Source: Mobula hypostoma (lineage: Eukaryota). Taken from it: 64,000 nt of DNA. Shown in pieces: positions 1 through 12,559 of this stretch (position 1 is the stretch's first letter; every line of letters starts with the position of its first letter). The notes below the pieces were generated by a model that saw only the letters and a program-made list of their open reading frames with translations, did not search any database and was not told the DNA's origin. The position numbers were made by a program, and so were the translations under genes. The stretch spans positions 96,596,001 to 96,660,000 of the forward strand of contig NC_086107.1 in assembly GCF_963921235.1 (NCBI RefSeq), given 5' to 3'.

Positions 1-68
1 CCAATATTATGTTTACTTTCTCATACAAGTTATGTAGTATTTGTTAAATTGAATCAGTCAATTTATAA

Positions 69-335
69 AATGCTGGAAGAACTCAGCAAGACAGGCAGCA
101 TCCATGAAGGAAAATGGACAGGTGGTGTTTCAGTCGGCCTAAACAGTTGTATGCAACACACAGAAAATGCTGGTGGAACACAGCAGGCCAGACAGCATCC
201 ATAGGAAGAAGCAGTCGACGTTTTGGGCCGAGATCCTTCCCATTTAAAAAAAAATATACTGTCTGTCCTGCTGAGTTTCACCAGCGTTTTCTGTGTTGCT
301 TCAGATTGCAGCATTTGCAGTCTCTGGATTTTTCA
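69..335. mobile_element. Cluster of Penelope-like element (PLE) terminal-repeat fragments: two minus copies then one plus copy
   Basis: Matches the tail of the PLE at 2870-2970 (aaatgctgg..gaactcagc..ggcagcatc..gtcgacgttt..gggccgaga); the hammerhead core is degenerate here. Confidence 0.8.
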
Positions 336-966
336 TGTTAATTTTTGTTCGTAAAGTAAAGGTATTTATAGTTTATGCCCGTAATAATAAATTTGAAGTT
401 GAGTACGGTGCCAGAGTTCTTACTGCCAAAGATTTCACCGAAAGCAATTTGCTACCAAGCGATGGCATATAATTGGCAACAAAATATCACCGAATGGCAG
501 AAAACTGGATTAACACAGGCCCAGCAGATCTCTCACATCACGAGAAAATGACATCGCATTTAATGTTTACATCCCTTTAAGGAGGAGGGGGACATCCGCT
601 TGACAGACAGCCCTCTCAGCCAATAGAGTCGCGAGTCCGGAGGAAATTAGCCAATCCGTATGAAGAGGACGTCCATGAATTGATGGAAATAGGGCAATCT
701 TATGACATCGGACTTTCCCCCATCCTTGCAGTGAGCTAGATGATCGTGGGGATTACCATGTACCCCGGTACCGGCCACAACAATATTACTGCCCACGGGA
801 AGCTTGTCCGTGAGTGGGCAGAACGTTCCGGAACAAAATACGCATTTGGCCCTAGACAGCGCCAACGGAAGGCAGTCTCGGTAATTACGCGGGTAACAGC
901 GACCTGACACGTCCACCCGGCCGCGGAAAGCCACTCCTAAACTCCAGCAATCGGGAGTCGCCTCAC

Positions 967-1025
967 CTCTCTCCGTTGTGGATGATGACGCCGCCATTCT
1001 GCGAGTGATTCCGATTCAACGCCAT
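967..1025 (-). CDS. WBP2NL: Coding exon 1 of a WBP2/WBP2NL-family gene (WW-domain-binding protein 2 family)
   Basis: The minus strand reads gagaacATGGCG, translating MALNRNHSQNGGVIIHNGE plus AG, then donor AG|GTGAGG; 59 nt, phase 2. It matches the recalled WBP2 N-terminus ([20 protein letters not shown]) and its 59-nt first coding exon. LNRNHSQ and NGES lean towards WBP2NL, but the paralogue cannot be fixed from 19 aa. Not in the ORF track. Confidence 0.85.
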
Positions 1026-1200
1026 GTTCTCGCCGCCGCCGTCACCTTCTGACTGCGCCTGACGTCACGCGTTTATAACGGGAGGGGCGGGGTCATCCTC
1101 TCGTAACCGCGACGCACAATGGGCGGGGGGGGGAAGGGGAGCTTAAGGTCACGTGTGGCGCAGCAACTTTTGTCGGGGGGGGGGGGGCACCTGGACTGAC
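1026..1200 (-). promoter_or_regulatory. CpG-rich proximal promoter of the WBP2/WBP2NL gene
   Basis: CpG-dense region about 840-1190. Perfect CRE TGACGTCA 1060-1067, TATA-like TTATAAA on minus 1072-1078, GC box GGGGCGGGG 1084-1092, E-box GTCACGTG 1148-1155. Confidence 0.75.
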
Positions 1201-1240
1201 GCATTGAGATTGTAGCCTGGATTGGATTGAAAGATTTTAA

Positions 1241-2970
1241 ACGCAAACAACAGGAATTCTGCAGATGCTGGAAATTCAAGCAACACACATCAAAGTTGCT
1301 GGTGAACGCAGCAGGCCAGGCAGCATCTCTAGGAAGAGGTACAGTCGACGTTTCAGGCCGAGTCGACTGTACCTCTTCCCACAGATGCTGCCTGGCCTGC
1401 TGCGTTCACCAGCAACTTTGATGTGTGGTGCCTGCCTTTTTGTTGGCTTTGTGGAACAATCTATGTTCCAAACCTATTCTGGTATCTGTCCCCCACTTTT
1501 CCTTCGCTACATCGACGACTGCATTGGCGCTGCTTCCTGCACGCATGCTGAGCTCGTTGACTTCACTAACTTTGCCTCCAACTTTCACCCTGCCCTCAAG
1601 TTTACCTGGTCCATTTCTGACACCTCCCTCCCCTTTCTAGATCTTTCTGTCTCTATCTCTGCAGACAGCTTATCTACTGATGTATACTATAAGGCTTCTG
1701 ACTCTCACAGCTATCTGGACTATTCCTCTTCTCACCTTGTCTCTTGCAAAAATGCCATCCCCTTCTTGCAATTCCTCAGTCTCCACCGCATCTGCTCCCA
1801 GGATGAGGCTTTTCATTCCAGGATGAGGGAGCTGTCCTTTTTTAAAGAAAGGGGCTTCCCTTCCTCCACCACCAACCCTGCTCTCAAACGCATCTCCCCC
1901 ATTTCACGCACATCTGCTCTCACTCCATCCTCCTGCCACCCCACTAGGAATAGGGTTCCCCTGGTCCTCACCTATGACCCCACCAGCCTCCGGGTCCAAC
2001 ATATTATTCTCCGTACCTTCCGCCAGTGGGATCCTACCACTAAGCACATCTTTCTGTCCCCCCCTCTCTGCTTTCTGCAGGGATCGCTCCCTACGTGACT
2101 CCTTTGTCCATTCGTTCCCCCCCCATCCCTCCCCACTGATCTCCCTCCTGGCACTTATCCTTGTAAGCGGAACAAATGCACCACATGCCCTTACACCTCC
2201 TCCCTTACCACCATTCAGGGCCCCAGACAGTCCTTCCAGGTGAGGCAACACTCCACCTGTGAGTCAGCTGGGGTGATATACTGCGTCCGGTGCTCCCGAT
2301 GTGGCCTTCTATATATTGGTGAGACCCGACGCAGACTGGGAGATCATTTCGCTGAACACTTACGCTCTGTCCGCCAGAGAAAGCAGGATCTCCCAGTGAC
2401 CACACATTTAAATTCCACATCCCATTCCCATTCTGATATGTCTATCCACAGCCTCCTCTACTGTAAAGATGAAGCCACACTCAGGTTGGAGGAACAACAC
2501 CTTAAATTCCGTCTGGGTAGCCTCCAACCTGATGGCATGAACATTGACTTCTCTAACTTCCGCTAATGCCCCACCTCCCCCTCGTACCCTATCCGTTATT
2601 TTTTATACACACACATTCTTTCTCTCTCTCTCCTTTTTCTCCCTCTGTCCCTCTCACTATATCCCTTGACCATCCTCTGGGTTTTCCCCCCTCCCCCTTT
2701 TCCTTCTCCCTAGGCCTCCTGTCCCATGATCCTCTCATATTTCTTTTGCCAATCACCTGTCCAGCTCTTGGCTCCATCCCTCCCCCTCCTGTCTTCTCCT
2801 ATCATTTCGGATCTCCCCCTCCCCCTCCTCCTCCCACTTTCAAATCTCTTACTAACTCTTCCTTCAGTTAGTCCTGACGAAGGGTCTCGGCCTGAAACGT
2901 CGACTGTACCTCTTCCTACAGATGCTGCCTGGCCTGCTGCGTTCACCAGCAACTTTGATGTGTGTTGCTT
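1241..2970 (+). mobile_element. Penelope-like retroelement, internally truncated, with 5' inverted tail
   Basis: RT C-terminal part (LFLRYIDDCIG, LPFLDL, TDVYYK) from 1428; GIY-YIG endonuclease (GVIYCVRCSRCGLLYIGET..EH..GMN, ending 2566); frameshifted. Pyrimidine-rich 3' region and terminal repeat follow. Flanked by a 13/14-identical duplication ttggat[t/a]gaaagat (1222-1235, 2969-2982). Confidence 0.92.
2870..2905 (+). ncRNA. Minimal type I hammerhead ribozyme motif in the PLE terminal repeat
   Basis: AGTC-CTGACGA-AGGGTCTCGGCCT-GAAAC-GTC|GACT. Stem I AGTC/GACT is perfect, core intact, stem II short, and stem III is only the palindrome ACGT. Predicted cleavage after C2901. Confidence 0.8.
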
Positions 2971-3064
2971 GGATAGAAAGATGCCTTGAGATTGTAGACT
3001 GGATTGGAGATGGCATTGGATGGGTGTAGAAATAACCTCTTCCTTTACTGGAACTAAAGGGTGG

Positions 3065-4440
3065 TCAAAGTTCAAAGTAAGTTTATCATCAAAGTACATA
3101 TATGTCACCATGCAAAACTCTGAGATTCATTTTCTTGTTGGTATCCACTCAAAGAAACAGCACAGAATGGAAAACAAGGTGGACAATCTACCCATGCAAA
3201 AGACAAGCTGTGCAAATACAAGAAAAAAATAAACAATAAATACAGAAGTAATCAATATTGAGAAGCTAAAATGAAGAGTCCTTGAAAGTGAGTCCATAGG
3301 TTGTGGGAACAGTTTAGTATGGGGAGAATGAAGTTGAGTGAAGTTTTCCTCTCTGGTTCAAGAGCCTGATGGTTGAGGGGTTCCTGAACCTGGTGACATA
3401 GGACTTGAGGTCTCCTTCCTTCTTCCTGGTGGGGGTCCTTGATGATGTATGCAGCTTTCCTGCGACAATACTCTGTGTATGGATCTGTTCAATGGTGGGG
3501 AGGGCTTTACCCATAATGGACTGGGCCATATCCACTACTTTTTGTAGGCTGTTCCATTCAAGAGCATTGGTGTTTCTATTCCAGGCAGTGATGCAACCAG
3601 TCATTATACTCTCCACCGTGCATCTATAGATGTTTGTCATGGATTTGGATGACATGCCGAATCTTTGCAAATTTCTATGTAAGTAGTGGTGCTGTCATGT
3701 TTTCTTTGCAATTGCACTTACATGCTGGACCCAGGACAGGTCCTCTGAAAGATTTTAAAGTTGCTGACCCTCTCCTTTTCTGATCCCCTAATGAGAACTG
3801 GCACATGGACCTCTGGTTTCCTCCTCCTGAAGTCAATAATCAGCTCCTTGGTCCTGCTGACATTGAGTGAGAAGTTATTGTTGTGGCACCTATCAGCCAG
3901 ATTTTCAATCTCCCTCCTATATGCTGGTTTATCACCGCCTTTGATTCAGCCAACGGCAGTGGTGTCATCAGCAAATTTAACCATGGCATGGGAGCTGTGC
4001 TAAGTCTCGCAGTCATAAGTATAAAGTGAGTAGAGCAGGGGGCTAAGCACACAGTCTTGTGGTGAAGGAGATTGTGGAGGAGAAGTTGTAGCCAATCCGA
4101 ACTGACTGGGGTCTGCAGGTGAGGAACCCGAGAAACCAGTTGCACATGGAGGTATCGAGGCCAAGGTCTTGAACTTTATTGATTAGTTCTGAGGGGATGA
4201 TAGTATTGAATGCCAAGCTGTAGCCAATGAAAAACATCCTGATGTATGCAGCTTCGCTGTCTAGGTGTTCTAGAGTTGAGTGAAGAGCCAATGAAATGGC
4301 ATCTGCTTTGATCTGTTGTAGGTAAATCGGAGTGGAGCCAAATTGCCTCTCAGACAGGAATCGACATACGTCATCACCGACCTCTCAAAGCACTTCATCA
4401 ACGGATGTAAGTGCTACGTGATGATAGCCAGTGAGGCAGG
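3065..4440 (-). mobile_element. Rex-Babar (Rex1-like) LINE remnant with 3' tail
   Basis: ORF fragments MQRFGMSSKSMTNIYRCTVESIMTGCITAW and [40 protein letters not shown]; tail ends in tgaactttga repeats. Confidence 0.8.
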
Positions 4441-4519
4441 TTACCACGTTCTTCTTAGACTCCAGCCTACTCCAACATTCAGGTGCCACAGGAAATAATT
4501 CGAATGCTCAGGCACGTAT

Positions 4520-4935
4520 GAAGCTGCACTCTGCCCAATACATCACAGGCACATTCCGCCCCGCCATCAGTAGCATGCACAGGAGCTGCTGCCTTGAGAC
4601 ACCCATCATCAAAGATGCTTGCTACCTGGACCATGTCATCTTCTCACAGCTGCGACTGTACAGGAGATGCAGAAGCTTGAAGTCCCACACCATCAGGTTC
4701 AAGAACAGTTACTTCCCTTCAACCATTCGGTTCTTGAATCATGACCTCAGTATAATAACACCATGTCCACTTAGATCACTTTGTACTAAGATCTTCTCAT
4801 TGTATTCTTTCTTGTAAAATAGTGTATAATTTATATCGAATTTACGATTTCCCTGTGAATACCAGTTATATGATTCTATGAGTCTGTGATGCTGCTTCTG
4901 TTGGTTTTTCATTGCACTTGTGCATATGATAAGAA
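4520..4935 (+). mobile_element. Rex-Babar LINE 3' fragment
   Basis: C-terminal motif IIKD..RRCRSLKSHTIRFKNSYFPSTIRFLN. Confidence 0.75.
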
Positions 4936-5416
4936 AATTGAAGCCTCACAAACACATTCTGACATTGAGCTAGATCATTACAACATCTACCTTCAGCTCA
5001 ATTTACTTGTATCTTGTCTAGGAATTGAAAATGGAAACCTCAGCACATCATCTAGTGTGTGGAACAAGCACAGAGTAAGAAGCAAAGTGGTTTGGAAGAG
5101 CTCTTTTATCCCACAGGTTTGAAAGGATGTCTCATACACTGAAATCTCCCAATCTACCTCACAATTTATTTGTCTCCCTGCACTCCAATTTTTCTGTAGC
5201 AGTATATTTTCCTTTGTACTTGATTATGGAATGATCATGTCTGGATAGCACACAAACTTGGTACATATGACAATAGTAAACAGATACCAGAAGGTGAACC
5301 CTTCCCTCTAACGTTGACATTACTCCAAGGAAAACAATGGGAGAGTGATTAAATCACTGGACTAGGATCAAGTGCTCCAGATTACATGTATCTAAAATAG
5401 CTGAGGATCCATGTTA

Positions 5417-5939
5417 CAGTACTGTGCAGAAGTTTTAGGCACATACGTATAGCTAAGCTGCCTAAGACTTTTGCACAGTACTGTATTCGTCAATGTGGCG
5501 CAGAGAGTGAGTTTGTAAATCTAGCGGGAGCAAAGGATGTTGGGAATGGTGAGTGTGGAGTGCCGTGGGAGGGGCGTGGGACAGGTGGCAGAGAAGAACT
5601 GCCGGGCCAGGGGCTGGCCTGGGTGCAGACACACCCAGCCCTGAGACACTAGGCAAGGTCAGTTGATTCCAAACAATTGGTTTATTGATCATTACAGAAT
5701 GCCTTTTTGGTGCTTTCCACTCCCTCCCCTTTTCCTAACCATGAAATCCCCTCTCCCTGCCCCCCTCTCACTCTCAGTCCACAACAGAGACCCATATCAG
5801 AATCAGGTTTATCATCATTCACATATATCATGAAATTTGTTTTTTTTTGGCAACAGTACAGTGCAATACATAAAATTACTACATTACCATGCAAAGGTCT
5901 TGGGCACCCTTGCTATATAAGACTTTTGCGCAGAACTGT
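5417..5939. mobile_element. Non-autonomous Tc1/mariner-type element with hairpin ends (copy 1)
   Basis: Left end TA-CAGTACTGTGCAGAAGTTTTAGGCA..TGCCTAAGACTTTTGCACAGTACTG-TA (5417-5483); degenerate right hairpin 5881-5939; the interior is colinear with 37283-37793. Confidence 0.8.
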
Positions 5940-6292
5940 CGATGGGCCTAAATGTGTCTCCAGCCACATCTGTGTTATTGCCTTGTATCTTCCCTCTAGA
6001 ATGGCCGAGTAAGTCGCGAGATATTGCATCCTCGTCCACAACCACACAGATCCCATTTGTTCTCCCCCACATTCATATTAACTCCCTCCCTCCCCAGAAC
6101 TAGTCAGGGACAGAGAGTAAATATTGACCTTGTCAATGATACTTATATCCTGTAAACAAGTGAATTTAATCAAAAACCTCTTGGTACTATTTTGAACAAG
6201 ACAGAGAGTTGACCCTGTATTGCAATTATCACTCTGTTGCTTAGTCATAGAGTAGTATGGCACAGAAATAGGCCCTTCGGCCCATCTAGTTG

Positions 6293-6575
6293 AGAGCAGC
6301 GTAATGGCAAAGCTGGTGGAGTGTCACAGCACCAGAGACTAGGGTTCAATCCTTACCTTGTCTGTGTGAAGTGTGCATCCCCTTGCAACCAAGTGGGTTT
6401 TCCTTGGGAGGGGGGGCACAGTATCCTCCCACATCCCAAGGACATGGGTTAGTTCGTTCATTGGCCACTATAAGTTGTCCGTGGTGTGTAGGTGAGTATA
6501 GAGTTGAGGAGGGAGGGAGTTAATATGAATGTGGGGGAAATCAAATGGGATTTGTGTGGTTGTGGGTGTGGATAC
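6293..6575 (+). mobile_element. tRNA-derived SINE (V-SINE/HE1-like), degenerate
   Basis: B-box GGGTTCAATCC followed by the gtgtggagtttgca..gtgggtttcc..cccacatcccaagac core shared with other copies in the window. Confidence 0.7.
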
Positions 6576-7269
6576 AATATCCCTGCTATAATTCTCTATG
6601 ACTAATATTTACGTAACATAGAATAGTTTTATCTTTTATGTTAACATTTGAGGGCAGATAACTAATGTGTCATCTTTAATTACTCATCACCTTTAAGTAG
6701 ATCAAAATTGTGATTCACAAGGAGTGAATTGGACTGGACTGAGGCTGTGGTCTGCAATAGTGTCTGCAGTGATGGCTGCTGTTGTGAACTTCAGTTCTGA
6801 ATGCTGTTTGCTTACTTTTATTGTTTTCTTTCTTTCTTCTTCTTCTTCTCCTCCCCGCCCTCCCCACACATACACTAGGTGTTTGATAGCCTTCTTTTGT
6901 TTTTAATGGGTTCTATTGAGTTTCTTCGTTTCATGGCTGTCTGTCAGAAGACAAATCTCAAGGTTGTATAAAGTATACATACTCTGATTTAAAAATATAC
7001 TTGGAACTATGGATTTCTTGTTGACGTGTTATTATGTTATGCACGGATACAGCGGAAGAGACATCATTCTACCCACTTGGCCTGGAGCAGTTCATTGGGC
7101 AGGTTTCTTGTGTTTTTACCCTTGTTTTTGAACAAAGTCCATTGATATTTAAAAAATACAGAATTGTGGTATAAAGATGGAAAGTACTAGAAATACCACT
7201 GAGTTAAATGGGAAAACAATATTTGAATGAAAACACTCATTAGACAGACTTGCTCAAATAACCGCAACA

Positions 7270-7425
7270 ATGGAAAAGTGTAAACAGTTGACGGTTCGGG
7301 CCGAGTCCTGTCGACCTGTTCACGTGTTTCCAGAGATGCTGCCTGACCTGCCGAGTTCCTCCAGCATTTTGTGTATGTTGCTTTGGATTTCCAGCATCTG
7401 CAGATCTTCTCTTGTTTGTGAACAG
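7270..7425. mobile_element. PLE tail fold-back (minus arm, then plus arm starting at GTCGAC 7310)
   Basis: The minus arm ends ttcgggccgagtcc; the plus arm reads gtcgac..gatgctgcctgacctg..cagcattttgtgt..ccagcatctgcag. Confidence 0.8.
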
Positions 7426-7581
7426 CAGCGATTTCCATTTACACAGTGCTTTTAACAGCATAACCATCCCAGCTTCAGAGGTGTATAATTACAATCGAAG
7501 CCGGAGGATTAAGAAAGTCAAGCAGCATCTGCGGAGAGAGAAATAGCCAATGCTTCTTTATCAGGGAATGCTTCTTCCCAT

Positions 7582-8258
7582 GGGAAGATGGCGGAGCGAC
7601 ACAGCTCGCAGCGGCCACTCTGGTGGTGATGTCTGTTATTTGTCAAGTAGGGTGCAGTGCACAATCTTGATTTGATGGAGACGGATGTGAGAGCATGGAG
7701 GAACATCTGGTGAAACTTCTGAAATGCCTGCTTCACTGCTGCTGCTACTGTGTGATCCAGAATCTCTGGAGAGGAAGGCCCCAAGTCCTCGGCTTTGTTT
7801 GTTGCTTGGCGGCCGGGGCGGGGTTGAAGCGCTCAGCAGAGGATGGTGCTCGGAGAGGCTGTGTCGGAGGGGCTGGTCGGAGGCTCGAAGTTTTTGGATG
7901 GATTCAGAGTCCGCTGCGGTGGGGTGCTTCCAATGGCGCTGCATCGGCAAGTTTGCAGCGCTTGGAGGTTCATGGCAGGGAGAGTTCCTCCCTTCTGCCG
8001 CCTGCGTGAGATGATGAGTCTATTGGGACTTTGAGACTATTTTTTTACCGTGCCCATGGTCTGCTCTTTATCAAATTACGGTAATGCTTTGCACTGTTGT
8101 AACTATATGTTATAATTATGTGGTTTTGTCAGTTTTAGTCTTGGTTTGTCCTGTGTTTCTTGTGATATCACTCTGGAGGAACATTGTATCATTTCTTAAT
8201 GCATGCATTTCTAAATGACAATAAACGAGGATTGGGTGTCCTCATAATCTAATCTAAT
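7582..8258 (+). mobile_element. About 680-bp non-autonomous retroelement (copy 1)
   Basis: Starts GGGAAGATGGCGG, ends in a LINE-type 3' tail with AATAAA and (TCTAA)n; colinear with the minus copy at 33655-34284; no coding capacity recognised. Confidence 0.7.
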
Positions 8259-8548
8259 TTAATTACTGGATAAGGAACAGTGTTGGTAACAATATCCAAA
8301 GACATGCATTTCAATCAAGACTGTGTTTAGTGGATATCAAGCAGTCAAATAAATTAGGAATGGTGGAGAGGTTCACAGGTGAGATAAGGTGACATGCACT
8401 CGTAAATCACAGACTTCCTACTTTAATGATCTGAGTGATGGAAGATGATGCATTACCCTTTGCCTTCACATATTAGTCATTGAGAGTTACTCCACAGAAA
8501 CAGTATCAAGTATAATCAAGGATTTAAAGTACACTTATTATCAAAGTA

Positions 8549-10042
<1,494 letters not shown>

Positions 10043-10502
10043 TATGTATGTGGTATACAACCCTGAGATTTGTTTTCCCATAGACAGCCATGAAACAAAG
10101 AAAACCATGGAACCATTCAAAGAAAGACATCAAACCCCCAAATGTGCAAAAAAAAATCATGCAAATAGCAAAAAAAAAACAAGTAAAAAACACATAATAT
10201 AAAATATTAAACTCCAAGTCATCATAAAAACAGTCCAGGAAAGTTTACTTCGATCTAGCGCTGTATCGTTTGTTGACTGCAGGCCGCAGAGCCAGATTGC
10301 CCCGATCAAAATCGCACAAATAGCAATAAAAAAGGAACAACCAGAAACCAGAAACACATTATAACATGAGCTACAAAGTCCAATCCACAAACCACTTTGA
10401 TTCAACCTTGCCCAAAACACAAGACTCTGGCAGCATTGACTGAGAGGGAGAGAGAGAGACCAATCGAACGTAGGCACCTTCTTCCAGCAGCAGCGATTGA
10501 GA

Positions 10503-10885
10503 GACAATAGACAATAGGTGCAGGAGTGGGCCGTTCAGCCCTTTGAGCCAGCACCGCCATTCACTGTGATCATGGCTAATCATCCACAACCAGTACCCTG
10601 TTCCTGCCTTCTCCCCATATCCCTTCACTCCGCTATCTTTAAGAGCTCTATCTAACTCTTTCTTGAAAGGATCCAGAGAATTGGCCTCCACTGCCTTCTG
10701 AGGCACAGCATTCCACAGATCCATAACCCTCTGTGTGAAAAAGTTTTTCCTCAACTCTGTTCTAAATGGTCTACCCCTTATTCTTAAACTGTGGCCTCTG
10801 GTTCCGGACTCCCCCAACATCGGGAACATGTTTCCTGCCTCTAGCGTGTCCAATCCCTTAATAATCTTATATTTTTCAATCATAT
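10503..10885 (-). mobile_element. CR1 LINE 3' end
   Basis: YKIIKGLDTLEAGNMFP..TRGHSLRIRGRPFRTELRKNFFTQRVMDLWN; short ctattgt repeat tail. Confidence 0.88.
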
Positions 10886-11479
10886 AGAGAGGGAGCGAGA
10901 GAGAGACCAGTCAGACTGAGGCAGGTGATGCTGAACACCCACTCACCTTCTGTTCTTGTCCTCGTCGACTTCAATTTTCCCCGACGCTTTAATCAGTGAG
11001 AAATGCAGTCGACCATGGGCTTGCGCCCGGTCTCCAGGCTGCTTGGACCCCCCCCACCCCCCCCAGACCACACACTCCGTTTGAAACCTCACTGAACTCG
11101 CTAGGTGACAGGAAAGCACCAGATCGCTGAATTGGCCCAAAAACACACCATCAAAATGTGGATCACAGGCTCCAAAAGTAGCAGAATCACATTTGATGAA
11201 GAAGAAGTAAAGGAGGTGAAAGAAGTAGGTTTGTGAACTGTCTGAAGGATGCTGCCTTTGGCCATGTTGTTTGCTGGTGCCATCTTCTTCAAGATCATTG
11301 TCAAGTCATCATCTACGAGAAGAAACTGACAAGGTTTTTGAATGATGCAGCCAAGAAGATAATAAGTAGAAAGGGCCAAGGGTAGATCTTTGGAGGAATA
11401 CCAAATGCAGGAATGTGAAGTGAATGTTGCTGGCAGCATTTTAGACGGAAAAGACTGAAACTATGCAACTATAACCCCC

Positions 11480-11825
11480 CCCCCAATTCCTTGCTCCACC
11501 ATCCTCACCTATCAGCTTCCATCTTCTTCACCTTTTCTTCACTTTCACCCATCACTCCCCAGCTTCTGACACCATTCACACTCTCCCCCTCCTCCATCTG
11601 CCTATCTGCCCCTCACCTGGACTCATCTGTCACATACAATCTCTTGCTCCTTCCCTTCCCTCCACCCATTTTACTATATCCTCTCTTTCTTTCCAGTCCA
11701 GATGAAGGTTCTCGAAGCAAACCACCAACTATCCATTTCTCTTCATAGATGTTGCCTGAATCATTGAGTTCCTCCAGCACCTTTGTGTGTTGCATCAGAT
11801 TTCCAGCATCTGTTGTCTCTCTTGT
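11480..11825 (+). mobile_element. PLE 3' region and tail with degenerate hammerhead motif
   Basis: Pyrimidine-rich tract, then agtc-cagatga-aggttctcgaagc-aaac (core mutated), then the standard tail. Confidence 0.75.
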
Positions 11826-12559
11826 GCCCTATTTGGTTGCTTGGTTTCACTGAAAATGTCAATTATAAACTCATATCTAGAAAGATAGTGTTTAAAAACA
11901 TATCAAATATATTTACAGATGACTTCAAAGGTATGACTAACCCCCTCATTGTAATTTAAGCCAAAATGAATCCCTTACTGCTCAAAAGTGGGAGGAAATG
12001 CAGTAGAGTGTGAAGGAATGGATTAAGAAGAAATTTCACCACAGAAAGATGAAAAGAAGCACAGAGGTGGAAGATGAAATCTTACATTAATCTAGCATTC
12101 CAGTAACAATCAGATGGAACATGAATTTAGTCTATTATAAGTTTATCTTCCTTATCATCACTAAGGCTCAATATTTTAGACATAAATTTTTTTTCACAAG
12201 TGTTGCTTCTCCGGAATTTTTTTGGTTTATGATGGCTTGAATCTGGTTTTGAACACTGTCATTGGCATGATGTGTGTTCTCCCCCCCCCCTTTCTCTGAG
12301 CAGTGGTTATAGTCTTTCTTTTCTTAAAATTGGGTTCTTTGGGTTTCTTGCTTTGTGGCTGTCTGTAAGCAAACAAATCTCCAGGCGTATAATTTATACA
12401 TTCGTTGATAATAAATGTACTTTGATGTTGAAGCTGAACACAACTATAATTTCAGACTACTTGTATCATGTAGAAATTTGGAGAAGAAATTAATTTCTAT
12501 TGATTATAATGTGTTTAATGGTATAATGGTGCTGATGCTTTGCGATAGTTCAAATAAGC

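Noticed and set aside
647-997. 116-aa minus-strand ORF (MAASSSTTERG...) as a protein-coding gene
   Set aside because: It starts in a different frame inside the WBP2/WBP2NL exon, runs through the GT donor into the intron, and has no recognisable homology.
1265-1427. N-terminal part of ORF 1265-2098 as PLE protein
   Set aside because: It translates the non-coding inverted tail hairpin; RT homology starts only at about 1428.
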